Notes: a model not told the origin generated them from the letters alone. Positions 49,329 through 58,948 are shown, counted from the stretch's first letter. The stretch: 64,000 nucleotides of DNA from Chloroflexota bacterium (GCA_027623675.1 JAQBVF010000021.1:11955-75954), one strand, 5' to 3'. Made by a program: numbers and translations.

Positions 49329-49419
49329 AAATCCCCTCAGTCCTTTTTACGAAATCGGGGTGCTCAAGATCCGAGGTAGCTCGCTCCGCCGGAGGTGATT
49401 GGGTCCAGGCTCAGCCTGG
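49329..49419 (+). repeat. Palindromic repeat family 1, copy B
   Basis: Direct repeat of copy A; ends CCAGGCT-C-AGCCTGG abutting the stop of the acs remnant. Confidence 0.88.
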
Positions 49420-49518
49420 CTACTCCTCTGGCGTCGTGATATCCCCAGGGTCTATGCCCAGCTCGTTGGCTTTTAGGAGGCGGCGTATGATCTTGACGGA
49501 GCGGGTCTTGGGCAAGGG
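49420..49518 (-). pseudogene. Displaced duplicate of the acs 3' end
   Basis: Encodes LPKTRSVKIIRRLLKANELGIDPGDITTPEE* vs acs LPKTRSGKIMRRLLKANELGIDPGDITTLEE*; about 13 mismatches in 99 nt. Confidence 0.92.
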
Positions 49519-49544
49519 TGATCGCCGGGGGCTATGATTGGCCG

Positions 49545-50105
49545 TCACCCCAAGATGTCATCAACGGCCAGCGCCAGTTGCGGGAAGGCGGCACATGTAA
49601 GACTCTGGCCTCGGCCCGCTTGGGAGGCTTCCTGGTAGCCATTCGCGGTTGGGCCGCGGAACACCTCTACCATCCCGGTCTCCAAGCCAACCAGCCAGAC
49701 CTCGGCGATGCCGCGACGGGCGTACATCGGCAGTTTGACCTCCCGGTCGTATTCCGTGGACGTGTCAGAAACTTCCACCAATAGAATCACATCGTCCGGT
49801 CCAGGGTGGGCGGACGCGTAGAAGTCATCGCGTCTCCGGAGAAGCATGAGGTCTGGTTGCGGCTCTGATTCATCGGAAAGGCGGACCGGCCCCTGAACTC
49901 TGACCACCGCCGCGTCTCCCACCCGGTTGAAAAATAGCCGGGTGAGACGATCGACAACGGACTGGTGGCGGCTTCCTATGGGCGCCATTTCCACAATCTC
50001 CCCTTCCAACAACTCAAGCCGGTCATCTTCGCCCAGTATGCCGGCCTGCGCCATCCGATAGTACTCGTCAACCGTGAAACGCCGCCTCAGCAGTTGTGCA
50101 GCCAT
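49545..50105 (-). CDS. Uma2 (DUF820) PD-(D/E)xK endonuclease
   Basis: RRFTVDEY.RM...GIL..DDR.EL.EGEI..M.P, EPQPD, LLVEVSD.S..YDR..K...YA..GI.E.W. Confidence 0.93.
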   Translation of the reverse strand: MAAQLLRRRFTVDEYYRMAQAGILGEDDRLELLEGEIVEMAPIGSRHQSVVDRLTRLFFNRVGDAAVVRVQGPVRLSDESEPQPDLMLLRRRDDFYASAHPGPDDVILLVEVSDTSTEYDREVKLPMYARRGIAEVWLVGLETGMVEVFRGPTANGYQEASQAGRGQSLTCAAFPQLALAVDDILG

Positions 50106-50144
50106 AGGGAACCTCTCCTATCCGGTTGCTTAAAGTATAACCCG

Positions 50145-52049
50145 TCACTCCTCCAGCGTCGTGATATCCCCTGGGTCTATGCCCAGCTCGTTGGCTTTCA
50201 GCAGACGGCGCATGATCTTGCCGGAGCGGGTTTTGGGCAGGGTGGGCATGAACTCCAGCTCGGCGGGGACGGCGATGGGGCCAAGCTCGCCGCGGACATG
50301 CAGTTTCAGGGCGTCCACCATCGCGTCCGACGGCTCCTGGCCGTTGCGCAGGGTCACGAAGCCCTTGATGATCTCGCCGCGCAGTTCATCGGGCTTGCCG
50401 ATGACCGCCGCCTCAGCCACCGCCGGATGGGACACCAAGGCGCTCTCGACCTCGGCGGAACCGATACGGTGTCCGGCCACGTTCAGCACGTCGTCGGCAC
50501 GGCCCACCACCATGTAATACCCATCGGCGTCCCGCAGGGCCACGTCGCCGGTCAGATAGACGCCGGGGATGGTGTTCCAGTCTTTGGCCTGGCGTTCCGG
50601 GTCGCCGAACACCGTGCGGTAGAAATGGGGGAATGGGCGTGTTATCACCAGCAGTCCGCCCTTGTCCGGCTCGGTGATGGGATGTCCCTCCCGGTCCACG
50701 ATGTCCATGGCCGCGCCGGGCAAGGGCAGACCCACCCGGCCCGGCCTGACCAGCAGGGTGGCCGGGGTGCCCAGGCAGGGGCCACCGGTCTCGGTCTGCC
50801 ACCAGTTGTCCACGATGTGGCCCCACTCGCCGTTGCCGCAGATGAATTCGTAGGTCCATTTCAGGGCTTCGGGATTTAGAGGCTCGCCGGCGCAGGTCAG
50901 GAAACGCAGCGACTTCAGGTCGTACTTCAGCGCATATTCCTCGCCGTAGCGCATCAGCATGCGCAGCAGGGTGGGGGCGGTGAAGATCACGTTCACCCCA
51001 TATTTCTCGATGATCTCGTAAAAAACGCTGGGACCGGGATAGTCGATGGCCCCCTCGCGGAACAGCGTGGTGGCGCCGGCGACCAGCGGAGCGTAGACGA
51101 TATAGCTGTGTCCCACCACCCAGCCGATGTCCGAGGTGCACCAGAAGACGTCGTCGTCCTTAACGTCCCAGAAGGTCTTGAAGTGATAGTAGGTCCCCAC
51201 CATATAGCCCCCGTGGACGTGCTGAACGCCCTTGGGCTTGCCGGTGGTCCCGCTGGTGTAGAGGATATAAAGCGGGTCCTCGGAGTCCATCTCTTCCGCT
51301 GGACAGTGGATGCTGGACTCGGCCATCAGTTGGTCGAAGTCCACTTCTTTGGGACCCGGCGCTTCCGGGGCGCCCTTACGGCTCCAGACCACGACATGCT
51401 CCACCAGGTCCAGCCCATTCACCGCGCCGTCGCAGATGCCTTTCAGGTCGACCTCATTGCCGCGCCGGTAGCCGACGTCGGCGGTGATGACCACTTTGGC
51501 GTCGGCGTCCAATATGCGGTCCCGCAGCGAACCGGCGCTGAACCCGGCGTAGACCACGCTATGCACCGCGCCGATGCGGGCGCAGGCCAGCATGGCGATG
51601 GCTCCTTCGGGAGATAGGGGCATGTAGATGACCACCCGGTCGCCCTTGCCAACCCCCAGCGAACGCAGTCCGTTGGCGAACCGGCTGACCAGTTGGGCCA
51701 GCCGGCCGTAGGTGAACACGCGCTCCGAGCCGTCCTCGCCCAGCCAGATGAAAGCCGCTTTGTTCTTGTTGCCGTTGGTCAGGTGCCGGTCCAGAGCGTT
51801 TTGGGTGATGTTGCACTTGGCGCCCAGGAACCACTTGAAGGTTGGGTAGTCCCACTGGAACACCTGGTCCCAGGGCCGGTACCAGTCCAGCTCTTTGGCC
51901 ACTCCCTCCCAGAAGTTCTCTGGGGCGTCCATCGAGGCCTGGTAGGCGGCGGCATGGTCCTGCAGAAAGGCCTGTTTGACCAGGGCGGGCGGCGGCGAGA
52001 TCTGGCCGGTTTCCTGTAGCAGGTGGTCGATCTGTCCTTGCTGGACCAT
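50145..52049 (-). CDS. acs: Acetyl-CoA synthetase
   Basis: LYTSGTTGKPKG, WWQTETGG, GR.DDV.NVAGHRIG..EVESA, LPKTRSGKIMRR. Confidence 0.93.
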   Translation of the reverse strand: MVQQGQIDHLLQETGQISPPPALVKQAFLQDHAAAYQASMDAPENFWEGVAKELDWYRPWDQVFQWDYPTFKWFLGAKCNITQNALDRHLTNGNKNKAAFIWLGEDGSERVFTYGRLAQLVSRFANGLRSLGVGKGDRVVIYMPLSPEGAIAMLACARIGAVHSVVYAGFSAGSLRDRILDADAKVVITADVGYRRGNEVDLKGICDGAVNGLDLVEHVVVWSRKGAPEAPGPKEVDFDQLMAESSIHCPAEEMDSEDPLYILYTSGTTGKPKGVQHVHGGYMVGTYYHFKTFWDVKDDDVFWCTSDIGWVVGHSYIVYAPLVAGATTLFREGAIDYPGPSVFYEIIEKYGVNVIFTAPTLLRMLMRYGEEYALKYDLKSLRFLTCAGEPLNPEALKWTYEFICGNGEWGHIVDNWWQTETGGPCLGTPATLLVRPGRVGLPLPGAAMDIVDREGHPITEPDKGGLLVITRPFPHFYRTVFGDPERQAKDWNTIPGVYLTGDVALRDADGYYMVVGRADDVLNVAGHRIGSAEVESALVSHPAVAEAAVIGKPDELRGEIIKGFVTLRNGQEPSDAMVDALKLHVRGELGPIAVPAELEFMPTLPKTRSGKIMRRLLKANELGIDPGDITTLEE

Positions 52050-52062
52050 GGAAAGCTCCTCG

Positions 52063-52174
52063 CTCCTAGCTGGCAGCTTTCGGCTATCAGCTTTAGGCTT
52101 TTGGGTCGTCTTCTGATGCCGGGTTTATTCTAACGCCTAAGGGCTTATGACTCCTAGCTGACAGCTTTCGGCTA
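52063..52174. repeat. 24-bp direct repeat pair upstream of acs
   Basis: CTCCTAGCTG(G/A)CAGCTTTCGGCTA at 52063 and 52151. Confidence 0.8.
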
Positions 52175-53254
52175 CCGGAACTTGGGCATAACCTCTTCGG
52201 CGAACAACTTCATCGACCGCATCACTTTCTCGTGCTCCATATCGCCGTACGAGAAGTGGGCGGTGTAATACTGAACGTTATGCTGGTCGCGCAGACCCTT
52301 GATGCGTTCCACCACATGGTCGGGCGTGCCGAAATAGGCGGTGGACTTGAGCCGGGATTCGTAACTGGGCGGGTCTTCAGGCCGGGTGTTTACCCAGTTG
52401 TCCAGATCGGCGTAGATCTCGCTGCCTCCCTTGAGGGTACGCCGGTATCCATTCAGGTCGGCGACCCAGTCCATGGCGCTCTGGGGGTCCCGTTCCGCCG
52501 TCTTTTGGTCCTCGGCCACGTAGGTAACCCGGAAGAAGGGCATGTCTTCCCACTGGGGTTCCACGCCAGCCTCGGCGCATCTTGCGGCGTACAGGCCGCG
52601 CAAGCCCAATACATCTTCGTCGGGCGTGTTGGCGCTGGTGAGCATGGGCAGGCCACGGGTCACGCAGTCGTCGATGGTGCCGGGCGTCCGCGACACGGCC
52701 AGGTACATGGGCGGGTGCGGCTTCTGGATGGGCGTGGGCGCGATGGTCAGGTCATCCACCTGGTAGTGCTCGCCGTGGTAAGTAAACCCGGGGGTGCTCC
52801 ACAGGCCCAAGATTATATCCACGATCTCGTTGAACCGCTGGGTCCTGGTCTCGTAGTCCACCTTGAAGTTGGCGTACTCGTAGACCACCTGGCCCCGGCC
52901 GATGCCAAAGTCCAGACGGCCCTCGCTCAGCAGGTCCATCATGGCCGTCTCTTCCGCCATGAATACCGGATCGTGGAAGTTGAGCACGCTGACTCCGGTG
53001 CCGATGCGTATCTTCTTGGTCCGGCCGGCCACATACGTCGCCAGGGGCAATGCTGATGGGACGATTCCGAACCGGGTGAAGTGGTGCTCGGCAAGCCAGA
53101 CCGAATCGAATCCCAATTCCTCGGCGTACTGGACCTGTTCAATCATCTCGTGGAAGATCCGGCCCTGGTGCGATGGGTCCCGCTGGGGCCAGGAAGGCAA
53201 TACAAACATACCGAATTTCATTGGTTGTGGATGCTCCGATACGACGGACAGCAT
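52172..53254 (-). CDS. LLM-class flavin-dependent oxidoreductase
   Basis: AEELGFDSVWLAEHHF, GRLDFGIGRG, P.P.QKPHPP, SM.LFAEEVMP. Confidence 0.92.
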   Translation of the reverse strand: MLSVVSEHPQPMKFGMFVLPSWPQRDPSHQGRIFHEMIEQVQYAEELGFDSVWLAEHHFTRFGIVPSALPLATYVAGRTKKIRIGTGVSVLNFHDPVFMAEETAMMDLLSEGRLDFGIGRGQVVYEYANFKVDYETRTQRFNEIVDIILGLWSTPGFTYHGEHYQVDDLTIAPTPIQKPHPPMYLAVSRTPGTIDDCVTRGLPMLTSANTPDEDVLGLRGLYAARCAEAGVEPQWEDMPFFRVTYVAEDQKTAERDPQSAMDWVADLNGYRRTLKGGSEIYADLDNWVNTRPEDPPSYESRLKSTAYFGTPDHVVERIKGLRDQHNVQYYTAHFSYGDMEHEKVMRSMKLFAEEVMPKFR

Positions 53255-53468
53255 GGTCTGCCGCTTCTGATTTGAGGTCGCCCTATTCTAAACCCAGCAT
53301 AGTATCGCGGCAAGGCATGATAGCGTGCCTAGTCCCACCCGACGGTTATGTCTCAGGTTACGTTGACCGCCCATCGCGCATCACCTACAATTCGGGGCCT
53401 CGAATCTGCTTGGGGCTTGCGAACGGACCAGCAGCCCAGCGACTACATCGACGGTTTGAGGAGGAATC

Positions 53469-54296
53469 ATGGCCACAGAAGGTTATTCACGCCCTGAATT
53501 ATTGGTTGACGCCGCCTGGGTCGACGCCCACAAGAACGACGCGGACGTGGTGATCGTTGACTGCGAGGTTGACGCCGCCTACTCCCGAGGGCACATACCC
53601 GGAGCGGTCCTGGTGCCCGACAATTACGAGAAGAACCCGGACACCGGCCGCGTGCTCCTGATGAATCCGGACCAGTTCAAGGCCATGTGTGAGGGGTTGG
53701 GGATCGGCGACGATACCCTGGTGATCGCCTACGACCATTCCCGAAGCCTCACCGCCGCCCGGCTCTGGTGGGCTTTGAACACCTACGGCCACACCAACGT
53801 CAAGATCCTGAACGGCGGCTGGCGCGCGTGGATCGCCCACGGCGGGACCGTTGATTTTGGGCGGACAACTCCCAAACCGGCCACTTTCACCCCAAAGCGA
53901 GACGACTCCAAACTGGCCACGGTTGACGAGTTGAAGCAGGCCTGCGAGGTGGGCGGCCCAGGCTCCGTCATCTGGGACGTGCGCAGCGACGGCGAATGGG
54001 ACGGTAGCAACAGCCGCGGCAACAAACGCTCCGGCCATGTGCCCGGTGCGGTCCACCTGGAGTGGTTCAACCTGATCGATTCAGAGACCAACGAATTCAA
54101 ACCCGCGGGTGAGATTCGCCGCATCCTGGCCGGCCACGGCATCACTCCCGACAAGAACGTGTTCACTTATTGACAGGGCGGCATACGTGCGGCGAACGGT
54201 GTGTTCGTCATGCAATTGGTCGGCTACGACAACACCAAGAATTACGACGGCTCAATGGGAGAGTGGGCTAACCGCGAGGATACCCCGCTCGAGTGA
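53469..54296 (+). CDS. Two-domain sulfurtransferase (SseA/MST-like), probable selenoprotein with UGA-Sec at 54171-54173
   Basis: GHIPGA, ARLWW, GHVPGA; readthrough gives FTY-U-QGGIRAA...NYDGSMGEW...PLE*, completing the domain; hairpin after the UGA; selB in the window. Confidence 0.9.
54174..54210 (+). promoter_or_regulatory. Candidate bacterial SECIS hairpin
   Basis: GGCAUAC-GU / AC-G-GUGUGUU stem, loop GCGGCGA starting 16 nt after the UGA (hand-folded). Confidence 0.6.
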
Positions 54297-54351
54297 CAAC
54301 GCATCCGGACCCACTGAATGTCATTCCAATCAGGCTAGATGGGAGAGAGAC

Positions 54352-54642
54352 ATGGCAGGTTATGTGATTGGGCAACTGAAACAGATCAATGACGCTGGAG
54401 CGTTCGGCGCCTACCAGGGCGTTGCGGTGCCAACCGTGGCCCAATACGGCGGCAAGCTGGTCGTGAATAGCACCAAGATTGACCCGGCCGACGGAGATTG
54501 GACTCCCGATGGCGTCGTAGTCATTGAGTTCGAAAGCGTCGACCAGGCCCGCAAGTGGTACAACTCCCCCGAATACCAAGCGGTCATCGGCCAGCGATTC
54601 AACTCCACCGACAGCGCCGTGATAATCCTAGACGGCGATTAG
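54352..54642 (+). CDS. DUF1330-family protein
   Basis: Y......P....YGG, EG.W-like DGDW.P..VVVIEF.S...A..WY.SPEYQ. Confidence 0.9.
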   Translation: MAGYVIGQLKQINDAGAFGAYQGVAVPTVAQYGGKLVVNSTKIDPADGDWTPDGVVVIEFESVDQARKWYNSPEYQAVIGQRFNSTDSAVIILDGD

Positions 54643-54651
54643 CCCAACCGC

Positions 54652-56253
54652 CTACGACAGCCCATTGACTATCCTGCGTATCCCGGCTTCCGGGTCCGCG
54701 CCCAAGTCAGCCCGAATGGCGCGGCGCCCCGACGTTCGCAACGCCTGCAAGTCCCCCACCGCCTGAGCATCAGCCAGCACGCCAAATGTGAACGGCGTGC
54801 CGGGAATGACCAGGTCCTCCGGATGGTCTGCCGTAAGCTGCAGATACAACCCGGTGCTGGGGCCGCCTTTATGCAGCTGACCGGTGGAATGGAGGAAGCG
54901 GGGCCCATAGCCCATGGTGGTAGCTAACCCCGCACGCTCGGTAATAGCTCGGCGTAAAGCGTCCAGGGCCTGTTCAATCCCCGGAGTTTCTGCGACATAG
55001 GCCATGATTGCCAGGTAGTCCCCCGGTCTGCCCTGAGCCAGGAGCTGGCCCAGCGATTCCGGAGCATCCATCTCAGGTAGCTTGCGCGAAGCTTCAAACT
55101 GGGCGAGGACACTTTCAGTCATGTCCTTAGCCGCTTGCACATCGGGCTGGTCGAAGGGATTTATCCCGAGGATGGAACCGGCGACGGCGGTGGCCATCTC
55201 CCAGCGAAAGAACTCTGCGCCCAGGTCATAGCGGTCGCTCAGGTCCAGGCGCACCACCGGCTGTCCCGACGCCTCAACGCCGTCCATGGCTGCATCCGCT
55301 TCTCCGTTCTCGTCGCCATCCAGGCGCAGATAAACAAAGAGCCGGTCACTTCCAAAGCCATCCGAAGCAGCGAATGGCTCACCGGCGACCGGCACGATGC
55401 CTGTGCCCTCTTTGCCAGTGCTCTCGGCGATGAGCTGCTCCACCCACAGACCGAAGCTGATGATGGCTGGGGAGGTGACCAAGGTCAGCTTGTCGCGTCC
55501 GTTCTTCGCATTAACACCCATCACCCCTCCCAGCCAAGCGCCGGGGTTCTCTTTGGCCGGAATGTCAGGCTCGGTCTTCTGGCGCATGGCGTCCGCCCGG
55601 TCAAGCAGCTTCCCAACGTCGAGTCCGATCAAAGCCGCGGGGACTAGACCGAAGTAGGACAGCACCGAGTAGCGCCCGCCCAGATCAGGGGGATTGGAGA
55701 AGACCCGCCGGAACCCTTGCTCCCGCCCCAGCCGCTCTAGGGATGAGCCGGGGTCGGTGACCGCGATGAAGTGCCGGCCGGCCATGTCTTTGCCCACGGC
55801 TTGCTCCACCAGATCGCGGAAGTAGGCGTAGAACATGTTTGGCTCGGTGGTGGAACCAGACTTGGAAGAGACCAGAAATAGGGTGTGCGCCGGGTCGATC
55901 GCCTGGGCCACCGACCGCACCCAGGCGGGCACAGTGGAATCCAACACGATCAGTTGCGGATAACCGGGGCCGCTGCCAAAGGTCTGACGCAGCACCTCAG
56001 GCCCCAGACTGCTGCCGCCCATTCCCAGAAGGACCACCTGGCGGTAACCGGCGTCCCGCACCTGAGCGGCGAACGACGCCAGATCGGAGACCTGTCGACG
56101 CATGAGGCCGGTCACGGTGAGCCACCCCAAACGGTTGGTCAGTTCAGTCGGGTCCGGCTTCCAAACGGTGTGGTCGCCGCCCCATATCCGCGACATCACC
56201 CGGCGTTGGTCCAGGTCGGCCAAGGCGGTGGATAGGTCCGGTTTATCGAGCAT
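54652..56253 (-). CDS. pgi: Glucose-6-phosphate isomerase (Tal-Pgi-type Pgi domain)
   Basis: RLGWL, LLGMGGSSL, SSKSG.T.E, GGRYS, EQL.AESTGK, NPFDQPDV, GPRFLHSTGQLHKGG. Confidence 0.9.
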   Translation of the reverse strand: MLDKPDLSTALADLDQRRVMSRIWGGDHTVWKPDPTELTNRLGWLTVTGLMRRQVSDLASFAAQVRDAGYRQVVLLGMGGSSLGPEVLRQTFGSGPGYPQLIVLDSTVPAWVRSVAQAIDPAHTLFLVSSKSGSTTEPNMFYAYFRDLVEQAVGKDMAGRHFIAVTDPGSSLERLGREQGFRRVFSNPPDLGGRYSVLSYFGLVPAALIGLDVGKLLDRADAMRQKTEPDIPAKENPGAWLGGVMGVNAKNGRDKLTLVTSPAIISFGLWVEQLIAESTGKEGTGIVPVAGEPFAASDGFGSDRLFVYLRLDGDENGEADAAMDGVEASGQPVVRLDLSDRYDLGAEFFRWEMATAVAGSILGINPFDQPDVQAAKDMTESVLAQFEASRKLPEMDAPESLGQLLAQGRPGDYLAIMAYVAETPGIEQALDALRRAITERAGLATTMGYGPRFLHSTGQLHKGGPSTGLYLQLTADHPEDLVIPGTPFTFGVLADAQAVGDLQALRTSGRRAIRADLGADPEAGIRRIVNGLS

Positions 56254-56341
56254 ATGCTTCCCCCGAGGATAGCCTCTTCGTTTTCGCTGCCGGTTCCCTT
56301 GGATGCCCCTTAGGGTGCGCCGGTGCTGAACGGGCGATCGA

Positions 56342-56512
56342 TCAAAAGAGGAAGTTGATCGGCCCGGCCAGGAACCGCCAAACAAACTCCCATTTGCCGA
56401 CCGGCAGCGCGCCCTCCTCGGTGAAGAACCACATCAGAGTGAAGAAGAGCCAGACGCTGGAACCGGGCAGTCCTATGCACCCGCAACCGCTTTTCTCTTT
56501 AACGAATCTCAT
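56342..56512 (-). CDS. 56-aa hydrophobic small protein with GCGC motif (absent from ORF track)
   Basis: MRFVKEKSGCGCIGLPGSSVWLFFTLMWFFTEEGALPVGKWEFVWRFLAGPINFLF; GAGG RBS; fills a same-strand gap. Confidence 0.6.
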   Translation of the reverse strand: MRFVKEKSGCGCIGLPGSSVWLFFTLMWFFTEEGALPVGKWEFVWRFLAGPINFLF

Positions 56513-56543
56513 GGCCGCTCACCCTCATGCGCCACCCGCATTC

Positions 56544-57680
56544 TTAATCCCGCAGCAACTGGCGGGCGATGGTCTGGCGTTGTATCTCCGAGGTGCCTTC
56601 ATAGATGGTCAGGGCCCGCACCTCGCGGTAGAGGCGCTCCACCCGGTTGCCGCGCTCCAGGCCGGCCCCGCCGTGTATCTGCACCGCCTCGTTGATGATT
56701 CGGGACGCCGCTTCGGTGCCAAACAGCTTGGCGAACGACGCTTCTTTGATCACCGACTCCTGGCCCGAGTCCTTCAGCCACGCCGCCCGGTGGGCCAGCA
56801 GCCGCGCGGCGTCCAGTGACACCGCCATGTCGGCCAGCTTGAACTGGGTGGCCTGGAAATCCGACAGGTTCTGGCCAAACATCTGGCGGTTCTTGGCGTA
56901 GTCCAACGACGCCTCGTAGGCCGCCTGGCCCATTCCGACGGCCGCCGCCGCCACCGTGGTCCGGAAGGTGTCCAGCGTGCCCATGGCCAGGCGCAGCCCT
57001 CGGCCGCGCTCGCCGATCAGGTTGCCCTGAGGAACGTGGCAGTCGTCCCAGCGGGGCTGGCCGATGGGATGGGCCGCCATCAGGTCCATGCGCTTGGAGT
57101 CGTCAAAGCCCGGTGTCCCGGCCTCCACGATGAAAACGGAGATGCCCCGGCTGCCGGCGTCTTCCTCGGTCTTGGCGAAGACGGTGTAGGTGTTGGCGTC
57201 GCCGGCTTGGCTGATGAATTTCTTCTCGCCATTCAAGACCCAGTCGTCGCCGTCCAAGCGGGCGTGGGTCTTCATGCTGATCACGTCGGAGCCGGCGTGG
57301 GGCTCGGTCAGGGCGAACGCCGCGATGCTCTCGCCCCGGGCGATGGGCGGCAGGTACTTGGCCTTCTGCTCGTGGGTGCCGCCAAGGGTGATGGGGTAGC
57401 TGCCCAGACCCTGCATGATGAAATTGGTGTCCGCCTGGCACGACACCCGGGCCAGTTCCTCCCGGATGATGCACAGGTCCATCACCCGAACACCGACCCC
57501 GCCGTACTCCTCTGGAACGCAGTAACGCAGCAGACCAGCCTCGGCCAAGATGCTCATGAGTCCGGCATGGACCGTCGGCGACTCGTCCGCCTCCTCGGCG
57601 ATGGGCGCGATCTGCTCTTCGGCCAGCCGCCGCACCCGCTGCTGTAACTCGGATTGTTCCTTGGAGAATGCGAAGTCCAT
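56544..57680 (-). CDS. Acyl-CoA dehydrogenase
   Basis: AFALTEP.AGSD, LNGEK.FIS, R.MFG, IYEGTSEIQR. Confidence 0.95.
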   Translation of the reverse strand: MDFAFSKEQSELQQRVRRLAEEQIAPIAEEADESPTVHAGLMSILAEAGLLRYCVPEEYGGVGVRVMDLCIIREELARVSCQADTNFIMQGLGSYPITLGGTHEQKAKYLPPIARGESIAAFALTEPHAGSDVISMKTHARLDGDDWVLNGEKKFISQAGDANTYTVFAKTEEDAGSRGISVFIVEAGTPGFDDSKRMDLMAAHPIGQPRWDDCHVPQGNLIGERGRGLRLAMGTLDTFRTTVAAAAVGMGQAAYEASLDYAKNRQMFGQNLSDFQATQFKLADMAVSLDAARLLAHRAAWLKDSGQESVIKEASFAKLFGTEAASRIINEAVQIHGGAGLERGNRVERLYREVRALTIYEGTSEIQRQTIARQLLRD

Positions 57681-58042
57681 CAGCTTTTCATCGCCAGACC
57701 GCGGACCCGGATCAATCGCCGGTTGACCGGGTCCAGGGCCAGTGAAAAACCTTCCATAGTGTAAGCGCCCAGCAACACAGCGTCGCCATTACCGCCGAAC
57801 ACGACCAACGTCGGCATCGTCTCGCAATCCCACCGGACCATGGTTACCGCCAGGTCTCGTTGAACCACCCGTCCATCCGCTGTTTCGAACTCTCTCTGGA
57901 ACTGAGGAGCCACGCCTAGGCCCTCGAGAAGTCGCCTGAGAATCCAGGTGTAGCTAGAGCCGGTATCCACCAGGGCCTCAACGGTTTCCCAGGCCTGCCC
58001 CGAAGGGTCCCCGATGTCAATGTGTACGCTGAACGTTCCCAT
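57680..58042 (-). CDS. Clan AA (retropepsin-like) aspartic protease
   Basis: ALVDTGS, F.TADGR, LLGA..MEG..L..DP....L. Confidence 0.85.
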   Translation of the reverse strand: MGTFSVHIDIGDPSGQAWETVEALVDTGSSYTWILRRLLEGLGVAPQFQREFETADGRVVQRDLAVTMVRWDCETMPTLVVFGGNGDAVLLGAYTMEGFSLALDPVNRRLIRVRGLAMKS

Positions 58043-58314
58043 GGAGTCATGCTATGGGGAAGGCATTTGTCAGTCAAGCTCAATTGGGGCTGGGTTGCGA
58101 TGGGCGCGATCTGTCCTTCGACAACCGCCGTACCCGCCGCCGCAGTTCAGACTTTTCCGTGGTGAATACGAAGTTCGAGATAATCACCTAGACCCTCTTT
58201 CGTTAAGGGGATTAACCTGAATATCACGTATGGGGATACATCAACCGATTAGGGCTTTTAACAATTCGATTCAACTGTTGCAGTTTCGGGGGAGGGAGAG
58301 GTACCTGAGCGTGC

Positions 58315-58860
58315 TTACAAATTATTTGGCATGCCGTTACGCGGATGGAACGAAAGAATCCAGTCACGTTGTTCACGGTTCTCGTATGGGACACGTTGGC
58401 ACTGAATCATGGTGCGGAGGGCCTGGAAGGGTGTCATTCCTCTCCATACGAGGTAGCACGTTAATATGGTCCCTGTCCGGCCTTCTCCGTACCCGCAAGC
58501 TACTACAACCTTTTGGCCTTCACTAATCGCCCGATCCATGAACGCGAAAATGCTCATCAACTGGTCGTGAGATGGAGCAGCCCAGTCCTCAATCGGCTTC
58601 CGAAGGAAAAGTCCTATTTCGTTCCTTCGCACCTTGAGTTCATCTGGTGCATTCGATTTTCCTTGCTCCCATACACCTACAAGAGCCGAAATTCCCTGCT
58701 GTTTCAGGAAAGAAAAATCTTTGTCCAGTTTTGGACACTCGCAGCCTGCAACATTGGCATCAACCCAAGAGAAATTCAAAGTCCGGGAATCATGCTTCCA
58801 GATGCAACAATCGGGCCAGTTGTCATTCTCTGGAACGCCTTCGGGCAAAAGGTATGTCAT
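58315..58860 (-). CDS. Dual-specificity protein phosphatase (lower-GC)
   Basis: IED..AP loop and ACGYGEGRTGT CX5R P-loop. Confidence 0.8.
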   Translation of the reverse strand: MTYLLPEGVPENDNWPDCCIWKHDSRTLNFSWVDANVAGCECPKLDKDFSFLKQQGISALVGVWEQGKSNAPDELKVRRNEIGLFLRKPIEDWAAPSHDQLMSIFAFMDRAISEGQKVVVACGYGEGRTGTILTCYLVWRGMTPFQALRTMIQCQRVPYENREQRDWILSFHPRNGMPNNL

Positions 58861-58948
58861 GGTACAAAGTTCCTCGACATTTCGATTGGCTGCCTAAGCT
58901 AAGGGGATTCCGGTTTTTCGTAAAGATGTCCAGGGGGATTTCGTCCCC

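Noticed and set aside
48497..49419. Integron attC sites or a composite transposon
   Set aside because: No GTTRRRY/RYYYAAC cores, integrase, transposase or target-site duplication identified
49420..50243. Diversity-generating retroelement TR/VR pair
   Set aside because: Mismatches are not adenine-specific and no reverse transcriptase is present
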